From the NCBI GenBank assembly GCA_963675755.2, contig CAXXMD010000003.1:640001-704000 (forward strand): DNA of 64,000 nucleotides, in the 5' to 3' direction. Of this stretch, positions 39,058 to 48,450 are shown piece by piece (position 1 is the stretch's first letter; each line of letters begins with the position of its first letter). The notes below the pieces were generated by a model. The model did no database searches and was not told the origin of the DNA. It saw nothing but the letters and a program-made list of their open reading frames with translations. Both the position numbers and the translations under genes were made by a program. Source of the stretch: a bacterium. GTDB lineage: Bacteria; Zhuqueibacterota; Zhuqueibacteria; Residuimicrobiales; Krinioviventaceae.

Positions 39058-39456
39058 AAAGAAAATCCTGCCACCCCAAAACCCAAGACAGGCATAACGT
39101 CAATAAAAATAGAATATTAAACAAGGGTAAGAGATCAATCAACTTTGCTTGTGTAACAAAAAAATAAAATTTATGAAACACTTAACAAGACAGTTAAAAA
39201 GACACTAATTGAGACATTTTTATTGAGACCGGAAAGTATTTAAAAATTTCAAGTGTCTTGATAAATATTCAAGTGAATAAAAAATAATATGGTAGGTTTT
39301 AAGTAGATAATAATATCAAAAATCAGCAACAATAAACCGCCCAACTACTGAATCAAAGTACATTTACCCCTTTTACCACCTCCGGGAGGTCGATTGAAAT
39401 ATAAGTATATAGATAAAGAATCCCGCGTCACTGGGCCAATTTTCAAACAAAGTTAA

Positions 39457-40596
39457 TTATTCATCAGAATTGGGGCACCAGGATAGGGACCATTTATAAC
39501 ACCCGTCAAAAGTCATCTGTTTGATATTCGATCCATCTGAATCCATTATGTAAATATCCAAAATGCGGTTTCCGAATGTACCCGAATCACGAATAAACGC
39601 AATTTTCTCTCCAAGGGGCGAAAATACAGCCTCCCGGACATTTTCAACCAAAAACTCTATCTTGCCGGTAATACGATTTTGCACAAATAGATTTCCGCTG
39701 TCTTTTCCTTTTTCCAATTCAGTGTATAAAAACTTTTTCTTGTCACGAGAAAGATTGAGAAATGGTCTCCGCTTTTCATCTTCTTTTGACAAAAAAACAA
39801 TTTCCCTATCTTTAACTAAATAGTACCCTATACGTTCTCTTTTTTCTTCAACATCAAAGGGCCGAAAACACGCCAAAAGGGTATCTGAATTTATCCATTG
39901 TTGACAAATGAATTCCCATTTCGGATAATAATAAAGATCCCGATATATTTTTAGCTGTTTTCCAAGAGTGTCTGTAGAACACAAAACACCGGGTGCTGTC
40001 CTGATACCATAGGGAAGCTGTCGTTTAAATGAAATCAAGTTTTCGTCAAACCAAACCGGGGACATGTTTGAACAGTGTTTCCTTTCAAGATCATCATACG
40101 GACTGTTCCAGGTACCTTCTTTTTTGTATTCCATTCCCATATTATAAACGCTTTGCCTGAGTGTCTTTTCCAGCATTTGTTCTTTTCCCTTTCTGAAATC
40201 GTAAATATATAAATAATCAGAAAAGTTTGATCTTCTTTGGTTGTTGCGATAAGAATATTTTTCCAAACTTCTCGAAGAATTAAAAAGGATACGATGTCCT
40301 TTAGGGGACCAGGAAACGGCACGATAACTAAATTTATCATGGGTCAACTGATACTGACTACCTGTTTGCGAATGCAAAAGATAAATATCATGACTTGTTT
40401 TTCCTGGTTTCTCTTTATTCTCAACATACATGACATAAGCAATCATATTTCGGGTATCACGAATCTCTTTATTAAAATCACCCTTTCCAAAATGAGTTTG
40501 TCTGGCATAAAATAAAAGTATGCCGACGCTTGAAATAATAGCTAGAATAAATCGACCAATTTCCTCTAGAGGGTCTTTTACTTTAACTTTATGCAT
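39457..40596 (-). CDS. TolB-like/PD40 beta-propeller protein with N-terminal membrane anchor
   Basis: QLT...VSWSPKG..ILFNS, FSPLGEKIAFIR, DIYIMDSDGSNIKQMT...LSW.P. Confidence 0.8.
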   Translation of the reverse strand: MHKVKVKDPLEEIGRFILAIISSVGILLFYARQTHFGKGDFNKEIRDTRNMIAYVMYVENKEKPGKTSHDIYLLHSQTGSQYQLTHDKFSYRAVSWSPKGHRILFNSSRSLEKYSYRNNQRRSNFSDYLYIYDFRKGKEQMLEKTLRQSVYNMGMEYKKEGTWNSPYDDLERKHCSNMSPVWFDENLISFKRQLPYGIRTAPGVLCSTDTLGKQLKIYRDLYYYPKWEFICQQWINSDTLLACFRPFDVEEKRERIGYYLVKDREIVFLSKEDEKRRPFLNLSRDKKKFLYTELEKGKDSGNLFVQNRITGKIEFLVENVREAVFSPLGEKIAFIRDSGTFGNRILDIYIMDSDGSNIKQMTFDGCYKWSLSWCPNSDE

Positions 40597-40826
40597 AGCA
40601 TTAATTCCCTATTTGGGGTAATGTAATACCCCAAACCTTTCATTTTAAAATTCTATCTATTTTCAACGACTTGAGTATCGGCAACAAAGCTTTAATAATT
40701 TTAATCACCCTAGCTAAAAAGTATAAACCCCTGAATAATATTTATTCAACTGTTGGAAAACATCCATATCTCCTGAAGGTCCTGATCTCCGGATAGTCTA
40801 TTTAAATATTGGAATCGGATAAAAAA

Positions 40827-42191
40827 TCAACTGTTGAACAAAATACCCTGAATTTCTTTTGGATCGACCTTTCTCACATCAACCCGGTTGCGATGCGCCA
40901 GGCCCGCGGCCACTCCGGCACCGGCTCCGATTGCCATGGCAATCTGCTGTACCCGATAAGAACTGTGTGCCTGGTGGCTGCCGCTGATACACCGTCCCGC
41001 GGTCAGCAGTCCCGTAAAATCCTTGGGGATCAGACATTCCAGGGGGATGTCGTAAGGAAGCGGGTTGGGGTCCCGACCAAAGGGATTTTCCTTGCTCTGG
41101 CCTGTGGCTTGTCCCACACCATTGGGATTGTGGATATCCAGAATAAAATGAGCATCTTTGACAACCGCGGATTCCCATTTTCTACCGGACAATAAATCCT
41201 CAGCGGTTAAATAGGCTTCTCCCAGAATCCGTCGGGTTTCTCTTACACCAACAATTGCCGGCATGCCATTGATATAGGCATTTTCAAATCCCGGTGCGTA
41301 TTTTCTCAAAAACGCGATCACCTTTTGCGCCTGTCTGCGCCCCTCTATTTCCGCATAGGTCAAATCTTTTATTTGGGTTCCGTCCTTACCATTGATCTGG
41401 GTTGCATTGATCACCCGCTCGTCTTTACGGATAGACAGATAGGTTCGCACCTTGCCCACAGTGGGCGGAAGCTCGCCCTTGTCATAAAGTTCTTTACAAA
41501 CCTGGTCCCAACTGCGGCCATCTGCAAATCTGTATTTACTTCTGCCACCTTGGGCTTCCATGCTTTTGTCATGGTCCACCCCACCTACGCGGAATTGTAT
41601 GGTCATGGGCTGTAAAAGGCCATCGGCCTCCCATGATGGTCCAGCATCCCGGCCTTTTTCAAATGCTGCTCCAGCATGGTAGGCAATGTCCCCGTCTCCG
41701 GTGGCATCAATGGTTATATCGGCATAGATATCGATCGCCCCTTCTTTGGAAAAGGTCCGCACGCCCACAACCTTTTTATTTTTCAGCAGCGGTTCCTGTA
41801 CCCAGGTATGCAGTAAAAAGGATGCGTTCGCCTCCTCCAACATATCGGCATAGGTCAGATCAATACATTCGTAATTTACAAAACGCCCGCCCTGCCGTTC
41901 AAGAAACTCTTTTACAAACGGACTGCCGGACTTGCCCATCAACGGACCCACCATGGCCTGTACTGCCATACCGCCCAGCCTGCCATAGCGCTCCAGCAGC
42001 AAAACATTCAGTCCCATCCTGCCTGCCATTACCGCTGCCGCAATACCAGAAGGGCCGCCACCGCAAACCACAATATCCGTTTTGATGGTTCGTGCGGGTT
42101 GCGTCTGTACGCTCTGAGCATTTGCGGACTCGAGCAGCATTCCACCCGCCAGCATAGCAGATGAAGATTTAAAAAAGGACCTGCGTTTCAT
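40827..42191 (-). CDS. Tat-exported FAD-dependent oxidoreductase
   Basis: Start reassigned to ATG 42191 (GAGAGGA RBS; MKRRSFFK twin-arginine signal). DIVVCGGGPSG, IDATGDGD, VRETRRI, AGRCISG. Confidence 0.9.
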   Translation of the reverse strand: MKRRSFFKSSSAMLAGGMLLESANAQSVQTQPARTIKTDIVVCGGGPSGIAAAVMAGRMGLNVLLLERYGRLGGMAVQAMVGPLMGKSGSPFVKEFLERQGGRFVNYECIDLTYADMLEEANASFLLHTWVQEPLLKNKKVVGVRTFSKEGAIDIYADITIDATGDGDIAYHAGAAFEKGRDAGPSWEADGLLQPMTIQFRVGGVDHDKSMEAQGGRSKYRFADGRSWDQVCKELYDKGELPPTVGKVRTYLSIRKDERVINATQINGKDGTQIKDLTYAEIEGRRQAQKVIAFLRKYAPGFENAYINGMPAIVGVRETRRILGEAYLTAEDLLSGRKWESAVVKDAHFILDIHNPNGVGQATGQSKENPFGRDPNPLPYDIPLECLIPKDFTGLLTAGRCISGSHQAHSSYRVQQIAMAIGAGAGVAAGLAHRNRVDVRKVDPKEIQGILFNS

Positions 42192-42480
42192 TGAATTCCT
42201 CTCAAATTTGTATCCCGACCAATTATCCCAAACGAGAAGCGTTTCCCACGGAATCAACGCTACAAAGCATCATAACAAGAATAAGGCAAAAAAGCAAATG
42301 GTTTAACCGTATGGGGGTTTTTGAGGGATGAAATGTAAGAGGCACATTGTATTGAATAGTCAGCTCAACTCCCATTAGACGCCATACTTGACAATGCTTT
42401 TCCATTTTTTTATATTTGTTAACCAGATCACCTCCCGGAGGTCCCGGGCCCCCCGGATTCCTGTTGAAAAAACAAACAAT

Positions 42481-42628
42481 CTCCTTACCAAATTTTATTT
42501 GGTAAGGAACGTTGGCTCCAAGCTGTGCTTGGAGAGAATAGCACAAAACGCAAAACATTAATTTGCATACATTCGCGAAGCAGAGCTTCGCACAACAGTT
42601 CCGTCCCAAATAGGAATTTGGGACGGAG
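42481..42628. repeat. REP/MITE-like multi-hairpin element
   Basis: Four hairpins: TCCTTACCAAA/TTTGGTAAGGA, CTCCAAGC/GCTTGGAG, GCGAAGC/GCTTCGC and TCCGTCCCAAA/TTTGGGACGGA. The outer pair mirror each other. Confidence 0.75.
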
Positions 42629-42683
42629 AATTTATAGCGATTTAAGGTAAACAATCTTAGAAAAGTGGGGTTCCCAAAATCTA

Positions 42684-44243
42684 TTACTTTACCAGCAGCA
42701 ATCTTTCTTCACCGGCGGAGAGTTTAACAGGCAGTCCCTCATGCAATGCCTTGCCGGTGGTGGTTGTTTTGGATTTGTTCGAGACGTCTTTAACCACATA
42801 GTCCTTGTCTGATTCTACCGTGAACCACTCGGGCAGGGTGTTCATGCGCGGCCAGTCGTATGCAAATCCCATATATTCGCGGTACCGGGGGATATCAAAA
42901 ACCAGTGTACCGGACCATTCCTTGTCCGCTTTTAGAACAATGGCCAGGCCGTCCTCGGTTTCACTGGCACCGAGTTTCAGGTCCTGCCGCCAGGGACGTG
43001 CAATAACGCCGCGGGTATGCATGAACGCGTGCATCAGGGTGGTACGCACACCATTGGATTGCAATTTCATGGTGCCCCAGAGCTTGGCGGTTTGTAACGG
43101 TTCATTTGCATAAACCACATTGGCCGCCATCTCCTGGTCTACCCAGGCGAATCCCTCGGGTACCGGAAGCCGGTTGAGCATGTATATGGCCCCCTCAATA
43201 GAGTCCGCAAATCCGTCTATACTCTCTCCTTCCCAGGGATAATTGGTATAAAAAGGTTTGGCCAGGTTTTTCAATGTCTGCTCCATATGCGCGCGATACA
43301 CCGATTGTTTGGCCACCATGTCATAACACAAATAGCCCACATAATTATATCCCCAGCCGTCGCTCAGGTGCGCATTGTCTTTTTGATCAAAAGTATTGTA
43401 CATGATTCCGTCTTCATTAATGCCACTTTCCAGAATGGTATCCAGCATTTTTTTGATCAATGGTTGATACACACGGGCTTTATCCGGATTGTGGACCGAT
43501 TCCACTCCAAGCAGCAATCCGAGTCCTCCAATAATCTCGCAGCCATGGTCGCGCAAGCGATTGGGGACAAAATCGCCGGGCAGCAGATAATAGTCTGCCA
43601 GCCGCTCTGCCCACTCTAAATATTTTTTCTCGCCGGTCATGGTGTAGAGTCTTGCCAGCGCCTGAAGCTGCTCTCCATTGACTTCAATGTTTTTAGAAGG
43701 GATCTTGCCGTAATCGGTATCGTATTTGGCGTATTTCCAGATATCATCCTCAATGTCGCGCATCCGATCAAACCACTCGTCCTTGCCGGTGATCTCTACA
43801 ATGGCAATCAGCCCGTCTTTGACGTATTCCGAGGCCTGGAACATCATCTCGTCATAATCTAATTCTATTTTCTTTTTATTCTCATAATCATAGGGAACGG
43901 GGATGCGGTCCAGTTCGTTGCAAAGCTTTTGTTCCGCATGAAGGATATCCCGCACCGGACCGTTGAGAGCGTCCTGGTCCACAATATACGCTGCCCAGGT
44001 CAAAAAAGGATAACAGTCCGCGGCAGTATCTCGATAGTTCCATTTGCCATCGGCAATATAGAGGCCTGTGCCGGGATCAATGCGTTCCAGCGCCACCTCG
44101 TGCAGCCAGCGATGTACCTTGCTGAGCGAGTAGCCGGCAATCTCGGATGATTGACGGGCTGTCTCAAAATCATAGCTTTTACTGCATGAAAAAATAAATA
44201 CCAATGTGAAAATTAATAAAATGTGCAGATACTTCATTTCCAT
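42684..44243 (-). CDS. Lipoprotein of unknown function, probable (alpha/alpha)6 glycosidase-like fold
   Basis: Lipobox IFSC. ARLYTMTGEKKYLEWAERLADYY six-hairpin-type motif. AGGAG RBS. Confidence 0.65.
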   Translation of the reverse strand: MEMKYLHILLIFTLVFIFSCSKSYDFETARQSSEIAGYSLSKVHRWLHEVALERIDPGTGLYIADGKWNYRDTAADCYPFLTWAAYIVDQDALNGPVRDILHAEQKLCNELDRIPVPYDYENKKKIELDYDEMMFQASEYVKDGLIAIVEITGKDEWFDRMRDIEDDIWKYAKYDTDYGKIPSKNIEVNGEQLQALARLYTMTGEKKYLEWAERLADYYLLPGDFVPNRLRDHGCEIIGGLGLLLGVESVHNPDKARVYQPLIKKMLDTILESGINEDGIMYNTFDQKDNAHLSDGWGYNYVGYLCYDMVAKQSVYRAHMEQTLKNLAKPFYTNYPWEGESIDGFADSIEGAIYMLNRLPVPEGFAWVDQEMAANVVYANEPLQTAKLWGTMKLQSNGVRTTLMHAFMHTRGVIARPWRQDLKLGASETEDGLAIVLKADKEWSGTLVFDIPRYREYMGFAYDWPRMNTLPEWFTVESDKDYVVKDVSNKSKTTTTGKALHEGLPVKLSAGEERLLLVK

Positions 44244-44427
44244 CTCCTCCCGATCAGGTTATGTTATAAAAGAATAGCAAATTGAAGGCAATAAAGCAAG
44301 TGCAATATCTTTAGTTCTTTCAGGATGTGGATTGGCGCACACTTAAAAACTGAACCACAAAGCCGCCAAGAACGCAAAGGGATAAAATCAAGTTCGGTGA
44401 AATCGTATTAAAAGAAAGATTAAAATA

Positions 44428-45157
44428 AACCACAGATGAACGCAGATAAAATCACTTGACGGATTGTGACGGTGAGCATCTCTTTCATGATAATAAATAT
44501 TGCATACCTGACGGCATGCGAATACATTTTTTTAATTTTCTACAAATATTTTATCCCTAACGGGATAATTTCAATACGACCTATTTACGAATTTGTGAGT
44601 GCCGATTTAGCATTTATAGGCCCCGTCAGGGGCCAAATATTTGTAGCATCCGGTCTCCAAACCCTTCGCGTCCCATAGGGACGCAATCTGGGATTATGAT
44701 AAAAATTTTAGATTTTTGACACCGAGTAAAAAAAATCTTTAACTACAAGGCCGGAGTCCTGGAATGAGGATTAAAGCCGCCAAGTACAAAAGGGAAAAAT
44801 GAACCACAGATAAACGCAGATTAAACCACTTGACGGATTGTGACGGTGAGCATCTCTTTCATGATAAAAATATTGCATACCTGACGGCATGCGAATACAT
44901 TTTTTTAAATTTTCTACAAATATTATATCCCTAACGGGATAATTTCAATACGCCTATTTACGAATTTGTGAGTGCCGATTTAGCTTTCATCGGCCCCGTC
45001 AGGGGCCAAATATTTGTAGCATCCGGTCTCCAAACCTTTCGCGTCCCATAGGGACGCAATCAGGGATTATGAACAAGATTTTAGATTTTTAACCCCGAGT
45101 AAAAAATAAATTCTTTTACTACAAGGCCGGAGCCTTGGAATGAGGATTAAAGCCGCA
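44428..45157. repeat. Tandem duplication of a ~374-bp non-coding REP-hairpin unit
   Basis: Units start at 44428 and 44802 (AACCACAGAT.AACGCAGAT). Each has hairpins GCATACC/GGCATGC, TATCCC/GGGATA, GGCCCC/GGGGCC and GCGTCCC/GGGACGC, plus inverted CTACAAATATT/AATATTTGTAG. Confidence 0.95.
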
Positions 45158-45177
45158 AAGCGACAAGTCGGTCCCTG

Positions 45178-45375
45178 CCCTTCGACAAGCCCTTCGATAA
45201 ACTCAGGACAAGCTCAGGAACCGTGTCAGATAAAGACAGACGTATCGAAGGGCCGACGCAGTGTAAAAAGTACAAATATGAAACGAGATATAAACAAGGA
45301 TTGACTGATCGTGACAGAGATAATCTCTGTCACGATTATAAGGATTCTTTCAAGGCTGGAGCCTTGGAACGAGGG
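45178..45375. repeat. Cluster of short dispersed palindromic repeats
   Basis: CCCTTCGACAAG..CTCAGG units with an inverted partner TATCGAAGGG (~45243), ATCGTGACAGAGATAATCTCTGTCACGAT (45308-45336) and CAAGGCTGGAGCCTTG. Confidence 0.75.
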
Positions 45376-45399
45376 TTAAGCATAATGCTTTTTCATTAT

Positions 45400-46464
45400 C
45401 TAATTGCTGGTTATAAATTTCTTGTACAATGCGTCAATGCGAGCCGATGTTGGCAAGGTACTGTTAAAAATCACAACCTGGTTCTTGAATGTAACGGATT
45501 TGCCTTTTTCAAGAACAAAATTAAATTGCTCAGCGCCATTTGTATAAATGTTGCTGCCCATGGGGTTCACACCATACAATCCATAATCCCTTGCCATCCA
45601 ATGCGGGGGATAGTTGATGTTATCGGGATGAGCAAAGATACAGATAGAGATACTGTCATTCTCTACATAACCGGAAAGCCGCATCCATTTGGCGCGTTTG
45701 CCCCAAACTTCCGGGTACCCCTGCAATCCATTGCTGTTTAAATACTGTCCGGTCACACCTTTTTTATCCACGACCGCGCTATCCGCCGGCTGCAGGTTCT
45801 CATCAAAAAGAAGGGTAGGACTATCTGAGGGGATCTCTAACTCGCGTCTTACCCGCATGGCAAAGGTGCCCTGCTTGGAATCCCGAAACAGCACATCAAC
45901 ATTGGGAGCGGTAAGGGTGGTCACATGTGTTATGATGCGCTTGTTTTCATCTCCACTGAAAGTATAGTGCGTTTGCTCATCAATAAAATGCTCTCCCGCA
46001 TCACTGATCCATTTCTTTGTTACTTCCAGTGTTCCGGTATCTCCGGATTCTATCCTCCCAAATTTTACATGATGAATCTTGCCATATAGCGCGCCGGGCT
46101 TTTTGGGTATTACGCCGCTGTTCCAAAAATCCACGCCGTTCACATCACCATGATTGAACCACAATCCGTAATGATGGGGATGGTCCATGCGCTCACCGGG
46201 TTTGGTCGCCAAAGGATACCCGCGGGTGATGCGTATTTCGCTCGCGGTCAGCAGCGGAAAAAGGACCGGTTTTTTCAATATAGTATCCGCATACATATAA
46301 GAGGTAAAATATTTTCCGTCGATGAAAATATCCAGCTTGTTCTGCGATTCATTTTGCACCAGGGAAACATGATCAGATTTTGCTTTAGTAGAAGATTGGC
46401 AGGAAACAAGGACGAACAGGATTGATAAAATCAAGCAAAGATACGCTATTGTCTTTTTCATCAA
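45400..46464 (-). CDS. DUF6807 (so-called 'PmoA' Pfam) family lipoprotein
   Basis: Lipobox LVSC, KP.LFPL...ITRGYP, DHPHHYGLWFNHGDVNGVDFW, WG.RA.W, W.ARDYGL...NP. Confidence 0.85.
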   Translation of the reverse strand: MMKKTIAYLCLILSILFVLVSCQSSTKAKSDHVSLVQNESQNKLDIFIDGKYFTSYMYADTILKKPVLFPLLTASEIRITRGYPLATKPGERMDHPHHYGLWFNHGDVNGVDFWNSGVIPKKPGALYGKIHHVKFGRIESGDTGTLEVTKKWISDAGEHFIDEQTHYTFSGDENKRIITHVTTLTAPNVDVLFRDSKQGTFAMRVRRELEIPSDSPTLLFDENLQPADSAVVDKKGVTGQYLNSNGLQGYPEVWGKRAKWMRLSGYVENDSISICIFAHPDNINYPPHWMARDYGLYGVNPMGSNIYTNGAEQFNFVLEKGKSVTFKNQVVIFNSTLPTSARIDALYKKFITSN

Positions 46465-46619
46465 AATTCACTCCCGAATATGGATTACTACAAAATTGCC
46501 GGTCTAGAACGGTTCAAGAACCGTTCACACCAGAATAAACTGAAAAGACCTGTACGGTATTCTCAAATTAACAATTTGTATTTAGAAATCAATAAAAATC
46601 TAGGAATTGACTGGCGGCT

Positions 46620-47678
46620 CTACTCCCCTGAGCCAAAAGGTCCCGGCAGGCCATAAATTGATTTAACTTTATCCATTACACCGGGTGTCAAAAATCGCTC
46701 ATAAAGGATATTTGCCTTGGCCTCAAACTCGGCAATAGACCGGTCAGTCAAAGCATAAGCAAGATAAAACGCGTTCACCAGAACCGTCTCGTAATTTTCT
46801 CCATAAAGCCGGGTGGGATACAGTTCATACATGTTTTCAAATCCACCTAAAAAGCCATAGGTTTTCAGGTCCTTTTGTACCTGAGCTTTACAGGCCTTGT
46901 CAATACATATCACATCCGGGGACCATATTGCCAACTGTTCTATATTGATATTGACGGGATTGGTGGATTTTGCCTGCAATCCGCTCGCAACATTTTCAAT
47001 GCCCAGCAATTGAAACGGCGTAAAAGCACCCTGTGTGGAGGTAATGCCCTGGCGGCCCTTGAATATCAATCCGCCAATGTACGCGGATACATCCTTGAAC
47101 TGATTCTGCTCTGCAATTTTAGACAATTCGGCAATCTGTTCATCCACAAATTGGATGAGGCTGTCGCACCGGTACTGACGGTCGAGTATATCTGCAATCA
47201 GACGCAGACAGTTGTCAAAATCCTGACGACGATCATACAAATCCCCGCAGGTAATATTAATGACCGGAATACCGGTTTTGTCCTGCAAGGTATTAACAGC
47301 CTGAGGACTCCCATCCGCGTAAAATATAACCTGCGGCGCGGCCTTCAGCAACAACTCGGGATCCCCCTTGGCGCCCATGCCAATGGATGGCAGTTGTTTT
47401 AAATACGGATACGCCAGCAAATAGGGACGCGCATGCTCTGTCTTTTTACGCTCCGGAAACTCTACGCCTACTACAGCTTTCGCGGCATGCAGATAACAAA
47501 CCATGCGCAGCGCCCCTCTGCCAATACAGGCAATACGGTCCACCTTCTCCGGGACCGTAACTGTACGACCACGCATGTCTGTTATGACAGATTCAGCAGA
47601 ATATGCACTGCTCACCAATAACAGGAGAACAGCAAGCACTTTAAAAGCAGTATATTTTGTTAATCGATTCATACTCAA
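46620..47678 (-). CDS. Iron/metal-chelate ABC transporter substrate-binding protein (BtuF/FecB-like)
   Basis: Signal peptide, ITDMRGRTVTVPEKVDRI, VVGV, LPSIG...DPELLLK..P.VI, IEQL..W.PDVI. Confidence 0.9.
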   Translation of the reverse strand: MSMNRLTKYTAFKVLAVLLLLVSSAYSAESVITDMRGRTVTVPEKVDRIACIGRGALRMVCYLHAAKAVVGVEFPERKKTEHARPYLLAYPYLKQLPSIGMGAKGDPELLLKAAPQVIFYADGSPQAVNTLQDKTGIPVINITCGDLYDRRQDFDNCLRLIADILDRQYRCDSLIQFVDEQIAELSKIAEQNQFKDVSAYIGGLIFKGRQGITSTQGAFTPFQLLGIENVASGLQAKSTNPVNINIEQLAIWSPDVICIDKACKAQVQKDLKTYGFLGGFENMYELYPTRLYGENYETVLVNAFYLAYALTDRSIAEFEAKANILYERFLTPGVMDKVKSIYGLPGPFGSGE

Positions 47679-48448
47679 TTACACACAATTTCTGAAAAAT
47701 TCGCAACACCGGGCATGGTCTCTACCAGCGGTAAAACGTCGTTATAATCCACATCATAGAGCTTTTCAATATTGGAGATGCTCAACACATCTTTGCCGCC
47801 CTTGGCTATCATTTTACCCGATTTTAACAATACCAGTTCGGTACAGTAGGCATAAGCGATAGAAATGTCATGCACGCTAATGACAATGGTTTTACCCGTT
47901 TCCGCAAGACGGCTGAGGATATTCATCACCTCTATCTTGTATTTCAGATCCAGATTGGCTGTGGGTTCGTCCATAATAATCACCGGGGTTTGTTGACTCA
48001 GCGCCTTGGCAATGCAGACACGCTGCCGCTGTCCACCGCTCAAGGTCTGCACCGGACGCATGGCCATATCTTCAAGCTCCAGTTCAGCCAGTACCTGAGA
48101 AACAATATCGATATCCTTACAAGAAGGATTCGATCCAAAATGGGGTTTACGGCCCAGCAGTACCGTTTCGAAAACGGTGCCGGTGCCAAACTGTTTGGTG
48201 TCCTGCGGAACATAGGCGGCAATGGCAGCCCGTTTGCGCGCACCCAGTTTGTGCATGGTCTTGCCGCAGATCTGAACATTTCCGGATATTACCGGTAAAA
48301 TACCGTGCATGCACTTTAACAGCGTGGTCTTGCCAGATCCGTTTGCGCCCAAAATACCACACAGATTTCCGGCAGCCACTGTGAACGATATATCCTGCAA
48401 TACCGGATTTTCGGTATATCCAAAGTCGAGTTTGCTCATGTGTATCAT
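47675..48448 (-). CDS. Iron/metal-chelate ABC transporter ATP-binding protein
   Basis: GANGSGKT, YVPQ, LSGGQRQRV, MDEPTANLD, SVHD. Start reassigned to ATG 48448. Confidence 0.95.
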   Translation of the reverse strand: MIHMSKLDFGYTENPVLQDISFTVAAGNLCGILGANGSGKTTLLKCMHGILPVISGNVQICGKTMHKLGARKRAAIAAYVPQDTKQFGTGTVFETVLLGRKPHFGSNPSCKDIDIVSQVLAELELEDMAMRPVQTLSGGQRQRVCIAKALSQQTPVIIMDEPTANLDLKYKIEVMNILSRLAETGKTIVISVHDISIAYAYCTELVLLKSGKMIAKGGKDVLSISNIEKLYDVDYNDVLPLVETMPGVANFSEIVCN

Positions 48449-48450
48449 AT

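Noticed and set aside
42223-42654. 143-aa minus-strand ORF
   Set aside because: It spans the hairpin element and has no RBS or protein-like features.
44428-45157. Possible CRISPR array
   Set aside because: There are only two long units that are similar along their whole length, with no unique spacers and no cas genes.
45223-45741. 172-aa plus-strand ORF
   Set aside because: It runs through repeat DNA and is antisense to the DUF6807 gene, with no recognisable motifs.
45400-46464. Methane monooxygenase PmoA
   Set aside because: It is a soluble lipoprotein of the misleadingly named Pfam family (DUF6807). It has no multi-pass TM profile and there is no pmoB/pmoC.
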